DNA of 64,000 nt, from positions 32,001 through 96,000 of IMG/VR virus record IMGVR_UViG_3300042566_000762; one strand, 5' to 3'. The stretch is from a virus. The translations under genes and the position numbers were made by a program. Positions within the stretch are counted from its first letter, which is position 1. The number at the start of each line of letters is the position of its first letter. Positions 48,701 to 57,500 of the stretch are shown here, piece by piece. The notes below the pieces were generated by a model. That model did no database searches and was not told where the DNA came from. It saw only the letters and a list, made by a program, of their open reading frames with translations.

Positions 48701-48923
48701 TTTTAGCACACTCTTTAAATAACCAACTTATTTCGTTGACTAATTCAGGTGACATTTCTAATTTAGCGTGGGCAATATCACCTGCTAAATATATAATTGC
48801 ATCTTCCGTTCCTCTTTTACGGATTTCTACAAACATTTTTTCAAATATCTGTCTATACTCTTTGTGTCTTTTCACATTACGGATATGAACATCCGCTATA
48901 TGATAAATCTTCTTTAAACTCAT
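45780..48923 (-). CDS. Fused SbcD/Mre11 nuclease - SbcC/Rad50 ATPase (T4 gp47-gp46-like)
   Basis: HIADVH, GD, GNHD, LGDIH; Walker A NAQGKS, CKFC hook, SGME signature, VVDEGFG, ISH. Confidence 0.92.
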   Translation of the reverse strand: MSLKKIYHIADVHIRNVKRHKEYRQIFEKMFVEIRKRGTEDAIIYLAGDIAHAKLEMSPELVNEISWLFKECAKTCPTILITGNHDCNMNNMDRMDVLTPIVDALELENFYYLKDTQVYSIGGVDFSVFSILDNKDNWITADKLFGNKKIALFHGPVDNSQTDIGYVVSSRHFTTDIFDGFDLALLGDIHKRQEMISPKGCKVVYAGSLIQQNFGETLGRHGFLAWDLDTMTYEEVDLQNDYGYYTMDIDNGKVPVVNDMPKHPRLRVRLSNTDTADTKKVIAEIKMKYGVEDFTIIRTDSLSKKKTGDRQNKLDFEDISDINYQNSLINEYVERMMPFVDKKDLAELENINRDVNSRIVHEDTLRNIMWKPIRFEFSNMFSYGEDNKIDFSKLNGLMGLFAPNAQGKSSIFDAISFCLYDKSSRAFKAANILNNRKTDFRCYLNFQVNGVDYFIERTAKTINKGKNVKVDVNFWYIDGDEKISLNGTERRDTNQVIEQYVGKYEDFVLTTLSLQGNNSIFIDKSQSERKDLLAQFMGLNVFDKLYETATEDIKEVSVLIKNFKKTDFTTELADKANELKDKKGELKEFEKELAKLNGNKDGLDGIILELSRNLTPIDSNLDLPKLEEKRKGLGEDIQNNTTLIGTKETFIKILEGKIEEISQSIDEKKQSNGIDIEIVYSNYQREQKSLIEATKVYDTAKVYLRGAEEKIKHLDKHEYDPNCKFCCDNTFVKDAMKSKEALPQLQEIVKQAMIDCVGIQQTIDTMEGVEEQYNELTDLKIKLGQSKGILKTAEAELKGLETKEELLQTQLDKVEEDIEKYFENEETIESNKELEKQIKELEVEKHKIELDIKDISKQIATTNGSISSLQTYIEGIKQKMSDVKDLEEKNRLYTYYLDAVKRDGIPYELISKALPVIENEINNILAQVVDFGVTMEMDGKSINAKIVYEDQEWPLEMCSGMEKFVSGLAIRVALINVCNLPRPNFLVVDEGFGTLDADNLSSLFMMMQYLKTQFDFIWMISHLEQMRDIVDGLIEIKKVDGFSKIDF

Positions 48924-49861
48924 AATGAATTTATTTTGTTCAATAATAATTCTTCCGATGAAAACTCTTTAGCTTCCTTCAACTCTTCGTAGAATTTTTC
49001 ATACCCCATATCGGCGGCATCTTTGTCTTTAAGATACATCATTTTTACATGAATACCTTGCTTTCTAAAATATTCGGCAGCTTTAAGTGCCTCATTTATT
49101 GCATCGTTATCCAATGAAATAATAATGTCAGTAATTCCACTCATAAAGATTTTCTCCACCAATGTTCTAGATGGAAACTTACCTAGTAATGGAATTGCAT
49201 TTCTTTTAATTGTAATTGCATCAAATACACCCTCACAAAGTATAATCGGTTCATTCCAATTAACTTGTGAATCAAAACATATTACATTTTTACTGATTGG
49301 AGGATTTTTGTATTTCATTTTGTTGTCCGGATAATACGAACGAGAAACAAAGTAATTCAATGACCCATCGGAATTGTATGATGGTATAATTACTCTTTGT
49401 CCATATAATCCTTCTTTACAATATCCTATGTTATATTTGATTATATCTTTTTCGGTAATACCTCTTTGAGTAAGGTAATGGATTGCATGTTTATATTCTG
49501 GATTAAACCCCTTTGGAGTCTCACTAAGTGATATAAATTCTTTTGGTAGGGAAATGAACACCTTTGTATCGGCATCCTCTAATTGTGGGTTATAATTACT
49601 ATCTCCGTAGATTTCTCTAATGATTGAAATAGTCTTTCTATCAACATCTAACTTTTTTAATAAAGATGTCAATTTCTTACCACCACTATTGCAAGTCCAA
49701 CAATGCCACTTTTGTGTTTCCGTATTAACTTGTAGTTTTTGTTTGTGGTGATTACAAAAAGGACAATAAAATGCCAACTCATTCCCTTTTAGAGTGAGAT
49801 GACTACCTAACACGCCGGTTAGAGTAGATACGACTATATTCTTATCATTTTGCTTCAACAC
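48920..49861 (-). CDS. DNA primase (Zn finger + TOPRIM)
   Basis: CPFC...CWTC, YL..RG, EG.FDA, LD.DA, KD; GTG/TTG start. Confidence 0.85.
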   Translation of the reverse strand: MLKQNDKNIVVSTLTGVLGSHLTLKGNELAFYCPFCNHHKQKLQVNTETQKWHCWTCNSGGKKLTSLLKKLDVDRKTISIIREIYGDSNYNPQLEDADTKVFISLPKEFISLSETPKGFNPEYKHAIHYLTQRGITEKDIIKYNIGYCKEGLYGQRVIIPSYNSDGSLNYFVSRSYYPDNKMKYKNPPISKNVICFDSQVNWNEPIILCEGVFDAITIKRNAIPLLGKFPSRTLVEKIFMSGITDIIISLDNDAINEALKAAEYFRKQGIHVKMMYLKDKDAADMGYEKFYEELKEAKEFSSEELLLNKINSL

Positions 49862-49865
49862 CCCC

Positions 49866-49897
49866 TAAATATACGACAAATATTTGATATTACCAAA
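49866..49897 (-). promoter_or_regulatory. Bacteroidetes-type -33/-7 promoter upstream of primase
   Basis: - strand TTTG-N20-TATATTTA. Confidence 0.7.
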
Positions 49898-49901
49898 TAA
49901 T

Positions 49902-50327
49902 TTATGGTCTATTTTCCTCCAAAAACCACTCATTTGGGATGATTTTGTCCGCATATTTATATCCGTTCTTTTCACACCAATCTCCATAGGTCGTTTTAGA
50001 CTTTTTGCTGATTTTGTTCTTTGAATTGGAAAATACGAAACGAATGTCCAAATGTGGGTTGTGTTCTTTAACTAATAGGTGTTTTTTCCTATCGGCAGCT
50101 ACAAACCTACCTTTTGTCTCCACTCTAATGCCATTTGGTAATTTGAAGTCAGGACTATATGTGTGATTTGATGCAGGAATTATATATGGAACCTTTTCAG
50201 TTTCATACTCTACTTTAATTCCTTGAGATTCTATTTGTTGAGAAATGGTTTCTTCTAAACCAGACTTAAATCCATACTTCTTCGCAACCCATTTTGGATT
50301 GTTCTTTTTTGTAACTTTTTTAGCCAT
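49902..50327 (-). CDS. Holliday junction resolvase, T7 endonuclease I-like
   Basis: FKSGLE, YE, Y.PDF.LPNGI.VETKG.F...DR.KH, LDIRFVF, TY..WC. Confidence 0.92.
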   Translation of the reverse strand: MAKKVTKKNNPKWVAKKYGFKSGLEETISQQIESQGIKVEYETEKVPYIIPASNHTYSPDFKLPNGIRVETKGRFVAADRKKHLLVKEHNPHLDIRFVFSNSKNKISKKSKTTYGDWCEKNGYKYADKIIPNEWFLEENRP

Positions 50328-50339
50328 TAAATTCTTTTA

Positions 50340-50627
50340 TTATGATGGGTCTTTCTTAACAGTTGCAGAATACTTCTTTGCAGAAGTTGCTCCACCAACA
50401 TAAGTACTTCCTGCACCCAAATCACCTAATTGATATCTACCAATACCTTTTTTTGTTTCAAAAGCTTTTACACCTTCGTCATCATCAGCAGCTTGTTTAT
50501 CTCGTGCACCCTTTGTGTATGGGGTAATGTCTTTCTTAAAAGCTTCTAACGCCTTGATATCAGGCCCACCTTTTGTAAAAGATACTGTTTTGTTAGCTTC
50601 GTATAATTCTAAAATACTTTTTGCCAT
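50340..50627 (-). CDS. Small hypothetical protein
   Basis: Intact ORF with its own ATATTTATA motif (50642-50650). Confidence 0.6.
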   Translation of the reverse strand: MAKSILELYEANKTVSFTKGGPDIKALEAFKKDITPYTKGARDKQAADDDEGVKAFETKKGIGRYQLGDLGAGSTYVGGATSAKKYSATVKKDPS

Positions 50628-50668
50628 ATTTCTTATTTTAATATAAATATAAATTATTTGATAAAAAA

Positions 50669-51328
50669 TTATAATTCGGGTCTAATGAAATGTCCATTGA
50701 ATGGATAATGTGAATTTGGTATTAAATTTAAAGATAAAAATGTTTCAGCCAACCAAAAGTGACTATGTATTTTTAAAGATGCATCCGTTACATCTGGAAT
50801 CATGTTAATCCACTTGCCCATTACATCCACACTTCCCATAAACATCACATCCTGTGCTATAAATTTACATGGTTTCCCTTCAGTAAATTTAATATCTTTT
50901 CCAAATAAATCATTGGGATGTTCGTTTATCCAATCATAAACATTTATATCAATCAATGAATTGGTTGATAATACCGAATCACTTCTCATTAAAATAACCA
51001 TATCATAATCTTTGCATGATTCCAACATCAATCTATATAAATTTTTCCAATGAAACATTAACATATTAGAACTTGGGTATTCTGGTTTTATTGGAAATAT
51101 TAAATCTTCGTCTAAAATATCATAAACACAATTTGGTAAATAATCGGTTATCATATTCGGCGTAACATCAAACTCTTTAATTAAATCACTATTTGAATAT
51201 TTTTGTTTGGATTTATTCCAAGTAGAAAAATAATAATCACATTCATAATATTTTTCTATATCAATCCACTTATCTATACAATTATCAAATTCTCGATACA
51301 TCCCATAAATTAAAATAGCAGCTTTCAT
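50669..51328 (-). CDS. Putative glycosyltransferase-like protein, outlying paralogue of island genes
   Basis: KAAILIYG..R, DYYFSTW, YD.VI..R.D, D..F.G. Confidence 0.55.
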   Translation of the reverse strand: MKAAILIYGMYREFDNCIDKWIDIEKYYECDYYFSTWNKSKQKYSNSDLIKEFDVTPNMITDYLPNCVYDILDEDLIFPIKPEYPSSNMLMFHWKNLYRLMLESCKDYDMVILMRSDSVLSTNSLIDINVYDWINEHPNDLFGKDIKFTEGKPCKFIAQDVMFMGSVDVMGKWINMIPDVTDASLKIHSHFWLAETFLSLNLIPNSHYPFNGHFIRPEL

Positions 51329-51331
51329 CGA

Positions 51332-52543
51332 TTAAGTATCAAACCTAACAATAAAGTTTACAGGAATATCAGGTTCCGATTTTATCGGTTGTGGCAATTT
51401 AGCAACTGCTACTAAATCACAATTATCATCATATAAACCAATTGTTGTTATAAATGGTGCAAGGAATGAGCCAGTTGAATCCAATGATGAACTATATTCA
51501 TATTGTTCAAATCCACCGGATATTGTATTGTTATAAGAAGATGTAAAAGTATAATCTAATACATTTCCATTTTCTAATGTTGATTTTTTACGAATATACT
51601 TTATTCCAGAGTTTGTTGTTGTTTTATATATTTTACCATCAGAACCCGTTACAAACAACGTTTCTTTTCCTACTTCTACAATTGCAGATGGGTTAGTTGA
51701 AACATTAAATTCATCTTCATTTGCAATTAATAAATACTCATGTTCATATATTGTTTCTGTTGATTTATACGTCAAATCCCAATTAGTTCCTTTTATATTG
51801 ATAGCATCGGATGTTACCGATTCTCTTGTTACAACAATCAATCCTTGTGGATAAAAAATATTACCAACTTTAATACCTTGTGACTCCTCAGGTAAAAATG
51901 GAATATCCTTTGCAACCAAAAAACCATTGGATATATCGATTGAATCAATTATTAAATTATATACAATACCATTATATCGTATCTTCAATGTTTTGTTTTC
52001 AATATCAAAATCACCCGTTCCATCCAATACTGAACCTGTGTAACTATATTCGGCTAAGTCTTCGAATTCGACTACTTCACTTTCAACATCCAATTTTGAT
52101 AATATTAATTTATCTCTTTCATCATATAAATTACCATATTTATCGTCAATATATGTTAAATCATCATTATACAATAAAACCGAACCTTTTTTAATACCAT
52201 CACCTATTGCAATTTGTGGTATTGAAATAACAACAGCTGAACCTGATAAAAACCTTTCATTTGTATTTACTTTTTTTGAATAAATTGGTTTTTTATTTCC
52301 AAATCTTATAAATGGATTATCTTCATGTCCATTATAAAATTGAGCCCTCAATTGGCCGTATATAGAATGTTTATTATACGCAGAACCACTTAAATATCCA
52401 ATTGAAGAAATTGTTTCATCTATTGATGCATAATTTCCATTTTGCGCATTAAATATAGATAAATTAGAAGTTTCTTTATTCCACTCTTTATAGGCCTTAA
52501 ATGGTCTAATACTAATATCCGACTTTGGTATTCTTTTTAACAT
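51332..52543 (-). CDS. Baseplate/tail-associated structural protein
   Basis: GNIFY..G, EFN.S.NP, ITTIGLYD....LVAVAKL..PI shared with upstream gene. Confidence 0.6.
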   Translation of the reverse strand: MLKRIPKSDISIRPFKAYKEWNKETSNLSIFNAQNGNYASIDETISSIGYLSGSAYNKHSIYGQLRAQFYNGHEDNPFIRFGNKKPIYSKKVNTNERFLSGSAVVISIPQIAIGDGIKKGSVLLYNDDLTYIDDKYGNLYDERDKLILSKLDVESEVVEFEDLAEYSYTGSVLDGTGDFDIENKTLKIRYNGIVYNLIIDSIDISNGFLVAKDIPFLPEESQGIKVGNIFYPQGLIVVTRESVTSDAINIKGTNWDLTYKSTETIYEHEYLLIANEDEFNVSTNPSAIVEVGKETLFVTGSDGKIYKTTTNSGIKYIRKKSTLENGNVLDYTFTSSYNNTISGGFEQYEYSSSLDSTGSFLAPFITTIGLYDDNCDLVAVAKLPQPIKSEPDIPVNFIVRFDT

Positions 52544-52561
52544 ATCGTATATAAATATCTT

Positions 52562-52601
52562 AAAACTAAAAACCCACCAAATTAAGGTGGGCCATAGTTT
52601 T
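52562..52601 (-). terminator. Rho-independent terminator
   Basis: CCCACC/GGTGGG stem (52573-52591) then U run on - strand. Confidence 0.75.
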
Positions 52602-52616
52602 TATTTTATTCTCCGA

Positions 52617-53858
52617 TTAGAAGTCTAATTTAACTTTGATTGCAACTTCCTTATCAAATGATTTTTCAATTGGTTTAGAAGTTTTTGCTACTGCTAATAA
52701 TTCGTTTGCATCATCATAAAGACCAACTGTTGTAATGTAAACTTTAGGGTCTCTTTCAAATGATGAATTAACAAATGCTCCAACTGAACCAGTTACAAAT
52801 GTTGGATTGTTTGAGAAGTTAAATTCTCTATTGTTTGCTCTTACAAAATAATGTGATGTAGAAACGTTTTCAGTTCTACGAACCTGGAAATCCATACCAC
52901 CACTAATTGCCATCAACAATGCAACCGAACCTGAGTTACTACCATTATTTTGATGGTAAGTTGAAGTTATAGAATTATTTGCTGCGGCTAATTTAGGGTC
53001 AACTGCTGATTCCAATGCTTCTGGGTTCAATAAGATGATTCCCATATCAGGATAGAATAAACCAAATCCTTTACCATTAGGAGCGGTGTATGAAGAAATT
53101 GATGCAGTTAATGCTGAACCAATATTCAATGAACCACTAACCATATTATAAACTCTTCCTGCAGTTGTTACATTTTCATCTGTTCCACCACTATCATCAA
53201 TTAAAGTGATAGTTCTAACTGAACCAGAAAGTTCAATTGAAATGTTACCTGGGTCCAATCTTTCTTTGTATCTTGCTCTATTTACATTGATTGCGTAAAA
53301 TGATGTCATATCAACTCCAGCTGCAGTAGAACCTGTGTAAACACTAAAGTAAGGGTCTGCTGAATCTAATAATACGTTTTTGTATTGATTATATGTAGCT
53401 TTTGTTGGTAATGTTGAATCATCGTTTTGAGTCAATGTAGGTGCACCAAATCCTCTTGAATCACCATATGCGATTGAGAATTGAACCTCAGCTGCTTCAG
53501 ATGAAGTTTGCATATTGTAAACATCTAAATAGTATTTACCACTAGTAGATGCAACCTGTACAGAAGATGTATAATTTGCTTTAACATCCAAAGAACCCGT
53601 ATCACCACTCCATATTCCAGAAGTTACGATTTCAGTTCTATTAGTTACTTTATCAATTGCACCAAATTTTTTATAGATACCATTTGATATTGATGTAATA
53701 TCTGAACTAATTTGTTCACCTGTACCTAAAAATTGGTTTACAATTCTAACTAATTCGCTAGTATCTACGGGAGTTCCTGCGGTGTTTGCTGCACCTGCTA
53801 AGTATTGCGATATATTACTTGCTAAAAGGGCTCCTCTATTGTCTCTTATTACTGCCAT
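52617..53858 (-). CDS. Baseplate/tail-associated structural protein
   Basis: GLFYPD.G, EFNFSNNPTF, YITTVGLYD..NELLAVAK.SKP. Confidence 0.6.
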   Translation of the reverse strand: MAVIRDNRGALLASNISQYLAGAANTAGTPVDTSELVRIVNQFLGTGEQISSDITSISNGIYKKFGAIDKVTNRTEIVTSGIWSGDTGSLDVKANYTSSVQVASTSGKYYLDVYNMQTSSEAAEVQFSIAYGDSRGFGAPTLTQNDDSTLPTKATYNQYKNVLLDSADPYFSVYTGSTAAGVDMTSFYAINVNRARYKERLDPGNISIELSGSVRTITLIDDSGGTDENVTTAGRVYNMVSGSLNIGSALTASISSYTAPNGKGFGLFYPDMGIILLNPEALESAVDPKLAAANNSITSTYHQNNGSNSGSVALLMAISGGMDFQVRRTENVSTSHYFVRANNREFNFSNNPTFVTGSVGAFVNSSFERDPKVYITTVGLYDDANELLAVAKTSKPIEKSFDKEVAIKVKLDF

Positions 53859-53867
53859 GGTATTTTA

Positions 53868-54491
53868 TTATTGAACGTAAGTTACTGTTATTGGAATTGT
53901 TTGTGAACCACCCGTTTCGTTACCATAAACTGTAATTGTAGTTCTGATGGTCGAAGTTAAAGATGGATTTGGAATAAATTTGAAAGATAATCCTTTTGCA
54001 ATCGCTGCCGTTGCAGATACATCGTCACCGATAAATACTGGAACAGAACCAATTTCAGATGTTACACCTTCGCCTACAATATCACCTGCATTTTTATTAG
54101 ATAATACAATAGTATATCCTAAACTTCTATTACCAGCTGGAGATGTAGTTGGAGATAATGCAACCTCACCACTTTTTTGATTAACTGAAATATTTGGAAC
54201 ACCAAACTCAACAACAGGAATTCTTGTTGTATTTTTTGGAAGGGTTACCAACTTATATTTCATAACTTGTGTTTCATCAGGATTAGCTTCTAATACAGGC
54301 ATATTTTTAATTGCTGCATCGTAATAAGAAGAACCCAATGGATGAGCCGGTTCATAAAGTGTGTAATCAATCTCATCATCTGCTAATGCAAATTGAGTTA
54401 TGTTTAAACCCTGACCTGCTGCTAATTTTTCTCTACCTTTTTTGGTAAGAATTGCATCAACCGTTAATTCGGTGTTACTTAAATATCCCAT
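53868..54491 (-). CDS. Baseplate/tail-associated structural protein
   Basis: MGYL...VDAILT.KGR..LA......ITQFAL.DDE.DY. Confidence 0.6.
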   Translation of the reverse strand: MGYLSNTELTVDAILTKKGREKLAAGQGLNITQFALADDEIDYTLYEPAHPLGSSYYDAAIKNMPVLEANPDETQVMKYKLVTLPKNTTRIPVVEFGVPNISVNQKSGEVALSPTTSPAGNRSLGYTIVLSNKNAGDIVGEGVTSEIGSVPVFIGDDVSATAAIAKGLSFKFIPNPSLTSTIRTTITVYGNETGGSQTIPITVTYVQ

Positions 54492-54539
54492 AGTATTATA
54501 TTAATCGTTTGTTAATAAATATAGTTTTTATAAAAATTA

Positions 54540-57500
54540 TTACTCAACTTCTAAAATTGGTTCATTTGCATCTCTACCTGCTTTACTTACTTTCAATGTA
54601 TTAGGGTTAGTAGTAAAGGTTTCAATAGGAGAACTACCATCTAAAGTAGTTGCCGCAGTGTTTTTTGAACCTTTAAAGAAACTATTTTCCAATCCTCTTG
54701 TTAAATCCGAAGTATTTCTATAATGTGTTGATAAATATCCACTAACTGGTTTTACCGAAATTATATTACCTTTAACTGTCGGTATAGTTGAACCCGAAAA
54801 TGGTTGTATGTTCAAAGAGGTTTCAGTATAAACCGAAGATGTCAATATATAACCATCTCTAGGGTCACCACTACCATTTATTGTAGTTTTATATTTTAAA
54901 ATATCTCTACTCTTTTGTTCAGTTACTAAATTAACTCTAATTCTTTCTTTAACAATATTTCTATTTGTATCATAATAAGTTCTAATTGCAGAACCACTTT
55001 CAGCATAAATACCAAACCCAATCGTTTCATAGTCACTTTGACCAACCACTATATTACTATTAATTAAATCAATTTCAGTCAATATAGTCGGTTCACCCAA
55101 CCCTGCATTAATATTTGTATATTGTTGATATGAATCACTTGATAAAACAAAATTATCATTTGTATTAATTAACGAATCATATTGATAATTATTTGCTGTA
55201 ATTTGGTCTATTGTGGTATCAGTTATTAATGTTTCAAATTGGCCATTTTCACCAGATAAATTTTCCCCCAAATTTGAATCTATTATAACTTCCAATTGTC
55301 CGTTGTCTGCAGTCAATGTTGTCGTATCTGAAAAATGTATGGTTGCATCTTTTTGATAATCTTCTGCAGTTGGTTTTTTATGAGAAACTTTACTTCTTTC
55401 TAAAATGTGTGGTTCAATCAATAAACCAGTAGTTGCTTTAACTCTTGCCGGTAACATTTTCTTAATATCCTCAAACATAGATTTCTCATATAGTTTTATT
55501 AAGTTAATGTATGCGTAAATATCTCTACCATCAAATCTTTGGAAATAATAATTTCTCAAATCATCCAAACGTTTATAATTTGATTTGTATCTATCGGCCG
55601 GGTCACCTATGTAATTATCTAAATTAACACCACCCAATGATTTGGCAATATCAATATTCAATTCCTTTGTAGGAGAGAAGAATAAACCAACTCTATTAGA
55701 ATCGGTAGGAGATTGGTCAAATGCTTTTTTAGTAGAACGATTTTTTGATGATAAATCAACACCTTCAGAAACATTTTTACCATTCATTGTATATTGTTCT
55801 TCAAATCTTACTTTATTTGTTGAATATCTAGTAGAACCAACATCAGGTATCTCCAACACAACACTTCTATCTATTGGTTCGAATTGGTATGGATAAGTTG
55901 TTATAGATGTAAACCCATACGCACTTGCCGTAAATGATGCCGATGGATTTAGTGAATATATGGGTTGTAAGTTTCCATCTTCATAATCATTTCTTGTCAA
56001 TGATGCGGAAAAATACATATTTGTATCCACATTTATTAAAGAAGATGTTTGATTTAAGTTTTTAGGATATTCAAAATCTAAACGGAAATATAAATCATCG
56101 GTTGATGACGAAATGTGGTTACCATTAATCATTTCAGGAAACGAAACGTGTTCATAGAATCTTTCCTTTTGTAATGGTGTACTCCATAAACGAAATTCAT
56201 CAACACTACCTGTAAAATTATTACCCATTCTAATATACGACCCATCATTCCAACTAGATGATATGGCTAATATAGACGATGAATATGATTGTTGAAATAT
56301 AGTTCTTTCCTTATCAGATTGCCTTATGTTTAATTCAAAATTATGATAACTACCACTTACTTCTCTACTAACTCCAATACCAAAAAATCTATTATTGAAA
56401 ATAGGTAATAAAGATGACGATATAGCAGAACCACTATAATTAAGTGTTACAACTCCATAATTACTATCTGTGCTTCCACTTAAATTTAATATGATACCAC
56501 CACTGCCACTAATAATATTGTAATTACCTGATGTATATGGTTTTACAAAAAATTCAATTGTATCGGGTTTTCTATTTCTTTCAGTATTTTTCCATTCAAA
56601 TTCAATATAAGAACCACTTATCATATTAAGAGCGGTTGTAATATTATCCATTACCAATTTACTCTTTGATATATCAGTTACCTCTGGCCCTCCGAATTCT
56701 AATATTGAAAGATTAGATGATGGTATACCATAACAACTTAATAATGCGTAAACTCCTCTTCGAGTTCCTTTATGTTTTAGTAAGTAAGGTAGATTGTTTG
56801 CAATTCTTCTCCAAATTTCAAATGTTCTTTGCTTAGCTGGACTGATATTTTTTGTTGTGCCTTCACTATCCACCCCAAATACATATTCCCAAAGTTTAGC
56901 ATCATCTGCCAAATTTTTAGCATCCCAATTAAAAGACTTTAAAACATCAAATAATAATCTATCAGGAACACCATTTTTTGATTTATATCCCAAACCTCTA
57001 CCGTTTTCAATGGATTTTGTATAATAATAAATTACATCAAAATGATGAGCCAACATATTCAATAATAAATGAAAACTTTCGGAATTTTCAACATCATTGA
57101 TAAATGTTGGAATATTATTCATAACCCAATTAGGATTTTCTAAATCAAATGTCTCAGCTGCAACCGATGCTGATGCATACCAATTGGTGACATTTGTATT
57201 TGTATGATATAATCTATTACCACCAATATCATGTGGCCAACTCAAAGAAGATGATGTATATAGGAATGCTTCAAAACCGTCAAATCCTTGAAGTATTTGA
57301 TTTTTCTTTATTATTTGTTTTTCAACTTCTTGCTTTGATACCAATTCATTTACATATGAGCCTGAGGGCCCACCCGTATAATTGGTTGATGCTGATGTAA
57401 TTAATTGTTCGTATTTTTCAATTAATTGAACTTTATAAACAAAATTATCTACTCTTTCTTTTGCTGAACTAAAATGAACAAAATTATCCCACAAATATCC

